Positions 26,397-38,845 of a stretch of DNA of 64,000 bases are shown here, piece by piece. The notes beneath the pieces are model-generated. The model was given only the letters and a program-made list of their open reading frames with translations, made no database searches and was not told the origin of the DNA. The stretch comes from Eledone cirrhosa (lineage: Eukaryota): positions 295,182,001 through 295,246,000 of the forward strand of contig OZ024742.1 in assembly GCA_964016885.1 (NCBI GenBank), written 5' to 3'. A program made the position numbers and the translations under genes. Positions within the stretch are counted from its first letter, which is position 1; each line of letters begins with the position of its first letter.

Positions 26397-26590
26397 TTAA
26401 CCCTTTATCATTTACATTACTCTATATTTAGTATTATATTTTCTCACATAATATCGAATCTATGAGATTTTGATATTATTTATTTTGAGAACCTTAACAT
26501 CAGTATGAGTGGCTGGTAACAGCCAGTTTGAACAGAAAGAGGTGAGAGAATTCTTGTCGAATATGGCCGGCTTAAATGCTAAAGGGTTAA
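26397..26590. mobile_element. MITE family A nested in MITE family B
   Basis: TTAA TSD both sides; CCCTTT...AAAGGG termini. Confidence 0.85.
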
Positions 26591-26863
26591 AGCATAACTT
26601 AACAAAGGTTCTTACATAAAATTATAATGGAAGATTTAAATTTAAATATGAACACTTCAAAACAAACAATTTTGTATGATAGCAACAGGGGCAGTTTCAG
26701 GCCATTTGGTATCAAAAGTGTTAAACAATATTTATAGCAGAACCAGAAATAACATTGTTGATAACCTATGCTAGCGTGGAAGATGGATGTTAAACGATGA
26801 TGATGATGATGATGATGATGATGTGTTGTATGAAAAGTAATATCACAGAGCTGTGAAACATAC

Positions 26864-26912
26864 AATAAATAAGGTAAACAGAAAACATCAGTAAGATATA
26901 TGAAATATGAAC
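26864..26912 (-). other. Candidate 49-nt exon
   Basis: Acceptor TTTACTTTTTTTATTCTGTAG, donor GTATGT; frame 0 reads hydrophobic VHISYILLMFSVYLIY. Confidence 0.3.
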
Positions 26913-27074
26913 CTACAGAATAAAAAAAGTAAATTTAAATAAACTAAGTAAGCTACTTGGGATTAAGGAATTCATGTGTTGTTTACAACAGAAAAATATG
27001 AAGTTAGTATTGATAAGATCTCAATGAACAACTACTGAAAAATAAGTAACACAAGAAATATTTAGAGAAGGTTA

Positions 27075-27293
27075 TTAACTCTTTACCATTTACATTACTC
27101 TATATATACTATTGTATTTTTGTGGTAAAGACTTTACCTCACATAATTATCTCACATAACATAGAATCTACGAGATTTTGATGTTATTTATTTTGAGAAT
27201 AGTACCTTAACATCAGTATGAGCAGTCAGTTACAGCTGGTTTAAAAAGAAAGAGGTGAGATAATTTTGGCTGGTTTAAATGCTAAAGGGTGAA
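27075..27293. mobile_element. MITE family A
   Basis: Full-length match to other copies. Confidence 0.8.
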
Positions 27294-28614
27294 ATATCTG
27301 AGTTGTACTTATCTAGCAAATGACATGATCTTGAATCTAAAGTGATTACATCATGAAAGAGTAATTTTAGCCATTTAAAAACACAAAAACTGTTAACTTT
27401 ACTTTATATTTATTAGTTATTTCTTGGTATCAAAATTTTCCTTGTGGAACTGAGTCAGTGACCAGGTCACAGGCAATGTGAAGAACATTTTGACAACTGT
27501 GTAGATGAAATTTACTTTCTGGGAGTTAATTTACTCTATGATGGAAATTCTTAGTGTAGAGAATTCTGTTGAATTTAACTAAAAGGTAGCAAATTGGCAA
27601 CATCGTTAGTTCTCTTAACATCCCTTAATGATTTTACAGAAAATATCTAAAAACAGGTTTTTTAATTCAAATTTTTATAGTACTTTTACTATTGGACAGA
27701 TTTTTGACTATATCACATTAAAACTTAAAAGTCTTTATTTTAATAAAGCAAGTCTTAAAAAAAAATGCTTTTCTTATGCATTCATGTAGTACAGGACATT
27801 AAGTGTCTTGGCATTTGTTTCAGCCACCATTTGTGCTCTGAGTTCAAACCCTGCCATGGGCAACTTACTGTTGGGTCTGTATTCAACACCAACCAGAGTG
27901 TTAGAGTGTAGGAAAAATGCCTTGTGGTATTTGTTCTGGGTCACTCCACTCTAAGTTTAAATCCTGCTGAGGTAAATTCCACTTTTCATGTTTAAGGGGT
28001 CAATAAAATAAAGTATCAGGGAGTTGGATTAGCAGAATTATTAAACTGTTGGCTGAGATGTTCCAGTTCTCTGTACTAGGAGCTCTTGGATGATAAACAG
28101 TCAGTCACCCAATTTAACACCACCACCTGGTTCTTGAGTGCCTTTAATGGGAGAAAGTTATATAACTATAACTTCCTTCAGTCTCAAGTTTAAGGGGCAT
28201 GCGTATTGCCTTTCCCTTCCTTACTAAACAGTTAACCTATTTGATACCAACATGGCTAAAACTACTTACTTTTCTATGAAACAAAACCACCCATTTTAAA
28301 AGATTCCTATTTAAATTAAAATCTTCCAACATAATTTTATATAAAAAAAATGTTAAATTACTATCTTAGTAATGAAATAATTAATAATTATAGTCAACCC
28401 CAATTCACAACAAAAATTGTCACTGCCATAATAGATGTTTATAATTAGTTATTTCCAGTGATGTCTAATATCTTTGTCATCACAAAATATAAGACTTAAG
28501 TTAAAAAAGGTAAGAGGCCGATTGAAGGGAAATACATTTCCATTGCTGATACTATCTGTTGGTTGCAATGCTTGACAGAAGGATCACTGCATTTCTGGAG
28601 ACAGGAGGTGAAAT

Positions 28615-28843
28615 TTATCCCTTTAGTATTCAAACTGGCCATATCCAGCTAGAATTCACTCACTTCTTTCTGTTCAAACTGGCCATAACTGGCCACTCAT
28701 ATTGACATTAAGGTATTGTTCTCAAAATAAATAACATCAAAATCTTGTAGATTCGATATTATGTGAGATAATTATGTAAGGTAAAGCCTTTACCGCAAAA
28801 ATACAATAGTATATATAGAGCAATATAAATGCGAAAGGGTTAA
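28615..28843. mobile_element. MITE family A (opposite orientation)
   Basis: Reverse complement of the family; ends AAAGGG-TTAA. Confidence 0.8.
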
Positions 28844-30779
28844 ACTCAAAACACAGAGCCAGAACATATATTGTAAAAAAAAATCTTATCCAATGCTTTA
28901 ATAATTCCATTAATCCAATACCTTTAGGCTGGTACTTTATTTATCGAAATGGAGAAAGGCAAATATATGATCTCAAGAATATTTTGTGCAATATTCTAAT
29001 GACTCTGCCAATTCATTGTCTTTGCTTTGACTTTAAATCATAATAAATCAATTAGTTAATTAAATTAGTTACTTTGATTATTCAAATTAAAGAATTAATT
29101 GAAATCATAGGTTTTTCTTTTTCTTCTTCTTTGCCCACTTACTCCTAAGAGGGTTGTAGGGACAGAGTCCTCAAACACTGCTTCCAGTAGGTCCTGTCAG
29201 AGGCAACTGTCGCCAACTGATCTGGCTGGATCCTCTATTGAGACCAGCCAATCTCATGACTGTTATCCAACCACCTTCCTCGGGGTCTTAAATAATTAAT
29301 TTAAATAATTTAAAACTCATAGGTAGTCTTTCATTAAAAATATGGCAATGAAAAGCTTAATCTTTGCACTAGATTAATGTTTCTGTCATCACACATTTTT
29401 AATTACTGTTCACTTTATATTTAATATGTGAAGCTTAACTATTTATAAAGCTTACAATATTGAAACAATGCTTGACCTTTATATAAATGTAATCCAGTGA
29501 AACAATTAAAATCAGGGTGGGAGAGGTAGAAGAGAAAAGAATAAAAGTAGATGAATAAATAATAAAAATTAAACAATTGATGTAATACAGCAGAGAATAG
29601 CTTTGTTTAAATCTACATTTCAATAAACAACTTATATGGCTAAATAATTTTTGTTCTTCTTATAATAAAGGTCTTAGACATATATTAATGAAAACTATAT
29701 TAAATTTGAGTCTACAATTACTTATTTAACCTTTTCATTACTGTATTCCTAATGAAAGACGCTGCCTATGATTTTCAAATAATTAGTAATATCACTAACT
29801 TTCTCATTATTAATCTGGTGTTTGGAACTAACTTAACAAAGGCTCTTAGATAACATTGTGATGACAGGCATTTCAAATAAATATAAACACTTTTAAATAA
29901 GCAGCTTTGTATCATAGATATGAATACATGCCCTCACAATAGATCAGTGATTCTCAACCTTTTCAAAACAAAGGAACCCGTTTTTATTCTAATTCCCTCC
30001 CTCCATCCCACTAAAAGTATTTTGCCTCCCCAAAAGAGAAATATTTATACACAGAGAACAGATAATATTATATTATGTATCAATATTTGTATATTTAGAT
30101 ATACATAGTTTACTGTATGCTAATAGCTAGGTTGATATTTTTCTAAGAAAATAAATATTTTCATAACCCCAACTTCAACATGTCTGCTTTCCATGCTGGC
30201 TTGACTTGAATGAGTTGTCATGGTCCAAGGCTGGAAAGGTTCGAGAGACTTCATCTTACTCATGCATTCTGTATTTGGCAGGGTTACTATGGCTAGATGC
30301 CCTTACTAATACCAATCATTTTACAGAGTGTACCAAGTGTAATTTATCATGGAATCAACACTACCACTTTACAGAGTGTACTAGGTGTATTTTATTGTGG
30401 TACCAGCACTACCATTTTACAGAGTGTGTATAGGATGTATTTTATCATGTCACCAACACTAGAGAGGTTTCCATATGTTTAGCCAGATTGAAGAGTACTC
30501 TCTACCTTACATTGCATGCATTCAATTGCCAAGAGAAGACATTTCAGTGAGAGAGGGGAAGAGGAGATACTAGTACTGTATGTTAAACCCTCCCTCCCAC
30601 TACTCCCCTTCCTCCTTCCACAATTAAGTCCTCCAAAACGAGGCAACAACTTATTAGAAATATACATAAAGAAATTTCAAACAAAGCAGACGACAATCTA
30701 ATTTTGGTTGATGACTGAAGAGATGTCTCTGTGTATATACATATATATGACAGTGATGAATTTGTTTTGTGAGATTTTT

Positions 30780-31050
30780 GATATGAAATCGTGTCGAAAC
30801 AAATATTGTTATACTTGGGCAGAAACATGACAACGACGTACATAGGTGAGACAGCTCGAAGCACAGGAGAAAGAATAGACTAACACTGGGGGGAATTAAA
30901 AGGACAAAAAAACGGTTCAGTACTATACGAACACGCGAGACAACATAGAAATTAAAATAATATCTAAACATAGAAATGACCCAACAGGTAGTCAAATCAG
31001 AGAAGCGAGCGAAATAGAGCTTAGAAAGCCAGAGCTAAGCAGAAAGAATA
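30780..31050 (+). mobile_element. Penelope-like element remnant, GIY-YIG endonuclease
   Basis: Frameshifted translation TYIGETARSTGERID*H / SVLYEHARQH / IEIKIISKHRNDPTGSQIREASEIELRKPEL. Confidence 0.7.
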
Positions 31051-31344
31051 AATAGAATAACAACAACCATACCCAAACAAACAATACTGACTTAAGAGAA
31101 ATATAAATAAATAAATAAATATATACACAAGCACAATAACAACAAACACATATAAACACTCACTAATAAACAAAGATAGATACAAAAACCAAAACACATA
31201 CACCCAAACGCGAACACACACACCAAACACTATACACACATGCACAGAGACAGAGACACAAAAATAAATAAATAAATAGATAAAATAAAAATGGCATAGA
31301 CATTACAATACAATACAATACAGTAGGAGGAAACATGATAATAG

Positions 31345-31388
31345 TACCACTGATGATGTTGCAGATGTGCAACGAAAGAACTTTGTTA
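31345..31388 (+). ncRNA. Minimal type I hammerhead-ribozyme-like motif (probably degenerate)
   Basis: CTGATGA (31350-56), extra T, stem II GTTGCA-gatg-TGCAAC, GAAA (31374-77), very short stem III, stem I TACCA/TGTTA with one mismatch. Confidence 0.55.
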
Positions 31389-34300
31389 GACTATATATAT
31401 ATATATTTATATCTGTATTTTTAACTGTTGGTCAGTCAATGATAAACATTGATGGCCAAATGAATTAACTATGGAGATATAAAAGATGCAGAAGCGAAAA
31501 AGAAAACCAACCAAACAGTGAGTGTGTTCTGTTATTATTTCTGGCAATAGTATTACAACAATATGACCCTCCCCAAGTATAATAATATATATATATCACA
31601 TCCACTGATAGGTATTCTGAACACATGCACATGCTTAGGTCACATTAAGGTCAACTGCAGGAATCGGTGATAAGTTACAAAAAAGTGTGATGATCAATGA
31701 CCTGGAAGTTGGCTTACCATGAGATTAGTCCAAAGAATAAAACCCAAATCGTATGTTGATGAATATTTGTACCCCCGGCATGCTGTCTTTGAGAGTACAG
31801 TTTATTTGGTCGATATTTCGAAGTGTCAGATCGTGGGAAGATTAACATAAATTAAGAAGATGTAACTTCTCCCCCATTATTGACACTTTGCAACAGTGAA
31901 TGTTACAAGGCCCTCTTTAGGGCCAACACTTCTGATTGTTTATCCAACTTATTGTGGCGTATATTCTCGGGTTATGTCTACTACAGGGGGAAAACAGGAT
32001 GGTTTTATTGAATTGCTTCAGTCATTCGAAGGGCTTTTCAAACGGTGATATACAGGGTGCTTGAACAGTACCTGAATATGTTCACTCGGTTATAATTTCT
32101 TCAATAATTGCGATGACTTCCTCATTTGTTCTGTTTGTTCTTGAGCGCTAAGGCAGTAAGTTTACTATTCTTATACATAAGTTTTTTTAGTAAGTTCAAT
32201 ACTCTCCGAGCTCAAACTTCCCCGGCTTATTCACTCTGAATGAAGAAAGCTGGATGGAAGAAGGACTTATGACTTAAACAGCTATTGATAGTTCCACACA
32301 AAAAATTGATCTGCCATAAACACACCTAACAAAGGTTGCTATTGAAAATCCAGAATGGGCACCCAGGGTTGCTAGCATTTTCAGGCACACTCTGGGAACT
32401 GCGAATAACCCCACCATTCCTGGGTATTACTGGGTACTGCAGCTAGTCATATATAAATACATAGTTGAATTTTTGTTCAATAATTGAAAATGAAAAGGAG
32501 CTGACTGTCAGATTATCATCATCATTATTATTTAACATCCACTTATCCTGTCAGCAAGGGTCGGACGGGTTGTCATAGAACATGTCAGTAAAACCCATGA
32601 TTGATGTTTTTTTTTACTTTTGCTTTTCTCTATACTGGCATATACATACAGCTTTTTCATATGTATACAAATGTCATTATAACCCAATCCTGTGCCATTA
32701 GCCCATCTTGTGTATCACTGTTCAAGAAAATATTATCTTCATCATCGTTTAACATCCGGTTTCCATAGGCTGGATGGGTCATCACAGACAAAGTCAGCTC
32801 TCAATAATAACAATTTAAAATATCTTAAATTGTTTTAGACTTTTAACTCTTACATCCTGTACCATGTGAAATCACATTAACAATGCATTTTTGAAAAGTA
32901 TAAAACGGAATTATATATATCCTGAAGGTAGTTTTATAGAAATCTCTATTCATTTTGTATACATACAAAATACATTCAGATTTTGTAATTTCAGATAAAA
33001 GATTCTCAACCTATATCTATTGTCCAAATAAACTGATGTAACAGACAGTCTAAATCATTATAATTTTATATATTTCTGTGATAGTGATGATATATCAAAT
33101 GTTCATTATATTTTACAAGTACACATTAAAGATCTAAATTTTATATTGCTGGTGCACATCATCATCATTATACATCTACTTTCTATGATGGCCTCTGTTG
33201 GATGGGTTGTTCTGGTCTGAGATTAGACAGGTCAGGGGACTACATATTACTCATGCATTCTATTTTGACATGGTTTCTATAGTTGGGTGCCCTTCTTAAT
33301 GCCAACCAGTGCACCAGGTGCATTTTATCATGGTACCAGCATACCACTTTACAAAATGTACCCATTGCATTTCATCATTGTACCAGCATACCATTTTACA
33401 AAGTACTGTGTGCATTTTATGATGGTACCAGCACTGACACTTTACAGAGTATGCTGAGTATATTTTATCATTGCATTAGCAGTACCACTAATGTTTCACA
33501 AGTATGCATTAAAGATCTAAATTTGCTGATGCACACAATGTCTATAGTAGTCACTATCCATGGCTGCCTACATCAGAGACTGTCTCAAACAATGTCTGAC
33601 TAAATACAAAAAAATGTTCATGATAATAGTCATATGAAGTAACTAGAAAGAAAAAAAAAAAACATTTGTGACCATGAAAGTGAGTTTTTGTTTTTATTTA
33701 GACAGAAATTCATACTATTTGTAGTATGAATTTGTTCCACATTACACTGGTTGGATTGACTTAAAATATTTTTTCACTTACTTAAAATTTAAAATGCTGT
33801 GTTTAACTTACAACATCCTGCAACACATGAAATTGCATTAGCAGATAATTTTTTCAATGTGTTTATTACAACACTTTTAATAAATATGACTAAACACTCC
33901 TTTCTTCATACATCATAATTCTAATGAAATATCAACCCATATTATACATGAGGTATTTTTTCCGGGCTATCATTGCCCTTAATAAAGTATGTGCATTATA
34001 ATATGAATGAGTATTATGCCTAAAAGTATACCACATTCTCCATTTGCTTAGTGATTCTGTAATCACTGCTTTGGCAAGTATGGTGATGATTATGTTTAGC
34101 TGAGGGGGTTCAATAACACTGAAAATTGTCCAGAGTTACCTCCCATACTTACAGAAAGTAACAAAACAACGTTAGTCAATGACTGCTATTGTTTTTTTCT
34201 CACCTCACAGCACAAGTATTTTCCTAGTTAAATACGGTGACATTAACTCAACTATTGTTTTTCAGGCAGATAAGGTCTCTGAGTAATTAATCTCACTGGT

Positions 34301-34599
34301 ATATTTTTCTATATATATTTAATTTCAGACATATGAAAGCTATAATCAAATTACTAACACTCATTACCTTCATCTTTCTCCTCAACACACTTTCCTCTCT
34401 CTCTCTCTCTCTTGTTAATCTCAATCTATCTATCTTTCAACACTAGTTCCTTTTCTTTCTCTTCTCTTTGATGAAGGTTTCTGCCAGAAACTTTAGACTC
34501 CACTTCTGCTTCACAGTATAATATCTATTCCATTGTTGGAACTCTTCTTTCTATTAAAATATTTATTGTTCCAAGATGTTTCCATGTGAGACATATGCA

Positions 34600-34600
<1 letters not shown>

Positions 34601-34655
<55 letters not shown>

Positions 34656-34930
34656 TGTGTGTGTGTGTGTGTGAGAGAGAAAAAGAACAATAAGGTCATT
34701 CTAGAAAAAGTTCAGTGAGTAGCAAAGACCAAAATAGCTAGTGAAAGTGAAGTGTAACAAAAAGTTAGAAAGAAAAAGAGTTAGAGAGAGAGAGAGGGGG
34801 GGGGGGGAAGAAGGAGAGAAAGTAGCTAATACTGGGAAAAGAGTGAGAGAAAGAGAGGTACTCATAGAAGAGAGGGGATAGAGAAGTTGATACTGGAAGA
34901 GTGGGAATGAAAGATAGAGTGAGAGTAGCA
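34601..34930. repeat. (GT)n/(GA)n microsatellites and purine-rich tract
   Basis: Direct inspection. Confidence 0.85.
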
Positions 34931-35029
34931 GCTATTTCATCATAACTTTAAACAGAATGACATAACAAATAAACAGAATAGGAAGGGTTACACATTTAAA
35001 ACTATTATTATTATTTGTTAGAGTGTTAG

Positions 35030-35290
35030 AGTGGTGGATTAGCAGAATCGGTAGAGCGTCAGACAAATGCTTTGCAGTATTTCTTCTGCCCCTTTACACT
35101 CTGAGTTCAAATCCCACCGAGGTTACCTTTGTCTTTCATCCTGATGGGGTCGATAAAATAAAGCACCAGGATGGCCTCAGCCCCTCGGCTGGAATGCCAA
35201 TAAAGTACCAGTAAAGCACTGGGGTTGATTTAATCGACTTTCCCTCCTCGCAAAATTGTTGGCCTTGTGCCTAAGACAGAAAACATTATT
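35030..35290 (+). mobile_element. Full-length tRNA-derived SINE, followed by two decayed copies to ~35705
   Basis: A-box-like TAGCAGAATCGG, B-box GAGTTCAAATCC, body GGGGTCGATAAAATAAAGTACCAG, tail GGCCTTGTGCC..(ATT)n. Confidence 0.8.
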
Positions 35291-36454
35291 TGTTAAAGTG
35301 TTGGATACTTTATGGTATTTAGTTATAGTTTTTACATATTGGGTTCAAATCCAGCAGAGGCCAACTTTACCTTTCATCCTTTTGAGGTTTGACAAAATAA
35401 AGTAAATGAAAAAATAATGTTGTCTCTGACCGAGATGAAGCAAGTGTATTTGAATACATAAAAAATGTACAACAGCTGTTAAAACGGCTAAATACTGTCA
35501 AGGACAGCGTTGGGCAAAAATGTTTTAGAGGACAGAGACCAGTGACCAGTGGTCAACAGAGAAACAATCCACAAGCTGTTCTAGCAATGAGTTTTCTCAT
35601 TTTTTATGTATTAAAATAAAGTACTTGTTAAGTACAGGGTTGATCTAATTGACTTCTTGCTTTCCCAAATTGTTTACTTTGTGCCTAAATTAGAAACTAT
35701 TATTATTAGGTTTGTATGTTTTATTTCAGTTTTGATTTAATTCCTGGTGTTATCTAAATATACATCAGGGAAACACAAAATCAAAAATAGTGTGGCTATT
35801 AACCATAGGCTGAATATACATACACACACGCATACTGGCTAACAAACTGTTATCTAAATACATAATTACTGTACATTCTTTAAATTATGTCATGATCATC
35901 ATCATTTAATGTCCATTTTCCAAGCTAGCATGGGTCAGACAGGTTGTCCCATTTGAGGCAAGTTGGGTCAGATGACCGTGTCTTGCTCATACAGAACTGT
36001 TTCTGGCTTGGTTTCTATGGCTGGATGCTTTCTGTTGTGACTCCTACACAATTATTTTAGTGTGGACTGGGTGCTTTTTGTCATGATACTAATATGACCA
36101 CTTAACAATATGGGGTGGATGCTTTTTGTTGTGACACCTACACGACCACTTTACAATGTGAGCTGGGTGCTTTTTGTCATGTCATCTACACGCCACTTTA
36201 CAGTAGGCTGGGTACTTTTTGTCATGATACCTACATGGCCATTTTACAGTGTGTTCTGGGGACTTTGGCGGGGAAATAAGTAACTATACAAAATAACATA
36301 TTATAATATAATTAATCTTTTATTTTCAAATTAAATATTCAGGATATTTTATAGAATTTCCAGGAGTATTAAATTAATATATGTTTTTCTTTTTCAAGTA
36401 TTTCATCTTTCCAAGTAAAGTGGGGATTAAGCATTGAAGGGTTTCATGACAGGT

Positions 36455-36666
36455 TTAATTCTTTAGTATTTACATTACTCTATATTTACTATTGTATTTT
36501 TACATATAATTATCTCGCATAATATGAAATCTACGAGATTTTGATATTATTTAATTTGAGAACAATACCTTAACATCAGTATGAGTGGCTAGTTATGGCT
36601 GGTTTGAACAGAAAACAGTGAGACTATTCTGGCCGGATATATCCAGTTTAAATGCTAAAGGGTTAA
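36455..36666. mobile_element. MITE family A
   Basis: TTAA-flanked, full-length. Confidence 0.8.
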
Positions 36667-36904
36667 TCTTAATCATCGTGGGGTCCTTTTATGGCAATGT
36701 TTTACAGCTGGGGCCTACCATTTTAGATGCTCATAAAGAGTGACTAAGATGGTAGTATCTATTCTAAACTGGATACACACAGTATTTTATTTTTTACATC
36801 AGTTTACTGGGTGTATTTTCTCGTGGCACCAGTACCACGACTTTACAAAGTACTGCATCATGTTTTTGTGGCATAAGTTTTACCACTTTAAATTTTACAA
36901 GCAA

Positions 36905-37255
36905 CTGAAATGGGGTTCCTCCAAAGGGTCTTTGGAGTAACATTACTCGATAAAATACATAGCTCAGAAATCAGAGTGTCACTCCAGGTAGAGCCGCTAC
37001 TTCTCCGAATTGAGAGATCACAGCTCCGATATTATGGGCATGTGGTTAGAATGTCTCAAGAAAGAATCGGTATATAGATTTTACAGGCAAAACTAACTGG
37101 CATGAGACCCAGGAGTAGATCCCAAGCAAGATCGTTAGATAACATCCATAAGCTTGGGATCAAGTGGAGATGGCTGCTTCTGACAGGACCCACTGGAAGG
37201 AGTGTTTGAGGACTCTGCCCTCACGACCCTCTCAGGAATAAGTGGGTGAAGAAGA
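36905..37255 (+). mobile_element. RTE LINE 3' fragment
   Basis: Reverse complement of 17396-17790 (REIRVSLQVEPLLLRIERSQLRYYGHV); further copies at 29115-29290 (-), 44270-44335, 49590-49970. Confidence 0.85.
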
Positions 37256-38189
37256 TCAGATTTTTTAAAAATGTCACCACAGTTTATTTTGTTCCTAATA
37301 ATACCATTTTACATTGGTATTCCGTCTAACCCATGCTAGTGTGGAAAGTGGACATTAAATGATGATGATGATGATTCCATGTGTATGGGTCATCATGCCA
37401 CTTAACCATTATCATGGTCTGAGTCATATCTTAATTGGAGTTTCTGCCCTCCTGGACAGGTCCAAGGAGCTCATTTCATTTATACGTTACAGTTTTCATA
37501 TGGTCTCTATGGTTGGATGTCCCACTGCTTCAAAGAGTGTACCAGGTGTATTTTCTTGTGACACCAGTACTACCACTTTACAGAGTACTGCATCATTTTT
37601 TGTGGCATTAGTTTTACCACTTCTCTGAGTGAATTGGGTGCATGTTATCATGCCACCAGTGTAGAGATTAAAGAATAGAGGGCAAATAGTTTCAACCCAA
37701 AATTAAAACAAAGAAAACCTTTTCCAGTAAAAATAATAACTTCAAAGAACAATTCAATATATATATCATTACTGTTTGGCATCCATTTTTCCATGCCAGC
37801 ATGGGTTAGATGAGTTGTCCTGTTGCAAGACAAGCCAGATCAGGTGACCATGTCTTGCTCATACAGAACTGATTTTGGCTTGGTTTCTATGACTGGATGC
37901 CCTTCCTAATGATAACCACATTTACATCGAGACACCTACATGACCACTTTACAGTGTGGACTGGGTGCTTTTTGTCGTGACACCAAAAACGACCACTTTA
38001 CAGTGTGCACTGGGGTGGGCGAGGTGCATGGGAATTGGAGAGGTAAATCTAGTGGGGTGTGGATGAAGGGTAAGGTGTTAGGACGTAGGTGGAATGTTAG
38101 GGCATGGGAGGTGTATGAAAGGGGGAGGTAAGGGAAAGTAGTGCTTACTAGATGTATGCTTCAACCTGTGCATATGGAAAGGTGAGTCT

Positions 38190-38660
38190 TCTGTGTCACT
38201 GCATAACGCTAGAGATCTCGATCTTGAGACATTGCCTTTGAGAGGTTTAATTGTGCAAAGTCCACTTTTATCATCTCATCCCGAGTTTTCCTACTCCACA
38301 GCTTCCATCAACCTTTTTATACAGCTGTCCATGCCAATGCCATCTCCTCTCCTGTACACTGCATCTGATCCCTTTTTTACCCAGTTTCTCTCTCAGTTCA
38401 TTTATGCTTTGCTGTTTATGTATTACACATCCATCAAAGCATGCCAGCTTCATTTCTTTCTAATCTTTGCAGATCCTCTGCACACAGCATGCAGGTCTTA
38501 CAACCATGTAACAATGCTGTTCGTAAAAAAAAAAAACTTTTGTAGCTAGCAACAGTAATAGTTCCCTGAATTTTTTCCATCCCACATTTTCATTCTGGCT
38601 ATTGTACTTTCGGCACACCCACCTCGACTGCTAATTTAGTCACCCAAGTAACAGAAGTTG
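38190..38660 (-). mobile_element. Decayed RTE LINE fragment (PHD family)
   Basis: QSINELREKLG..GIRCSVQERRW.W.G matches 8480-8590. Confidence 0.7.
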
Positions 38661-38699
38661 TCAACTATATATGAATATAAATGTATATATATATATATC

Positions 38700-38845
38700 A
38701 GATAGGGTGTGGTAAACCAGAGTACTCGATACTTGGGGTAGTATGAAAAGATTAAGGACCCTGGCGGCTGAGCTCCGGCTGTTTGGATCTAGTTGTCGAA
38801 ACGGCCAGAGCTCAGTCGTTGGGGTCCTTAATCTTTTTAAATAAT
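38700..38845. repeat. (TA)n-associated dispersed element containing a 39-bp-arm inverted repeat
   Basis: Arms 38746-38784 and 38799-38837 (6 mismatches); relatives at 7080-7220 and 47930-47985. Confidence 0.7.

Noticed and set aside
33706-33733. 12-bp perfect AT-rich inverted repeat
   Set aside because: Isolated and AT-rich, with no associated element or context.
35030-35120. tRNA gene
   Set aside because: A/B-box-like motifs belong to a multicopy SINE head; no cloverleaf.
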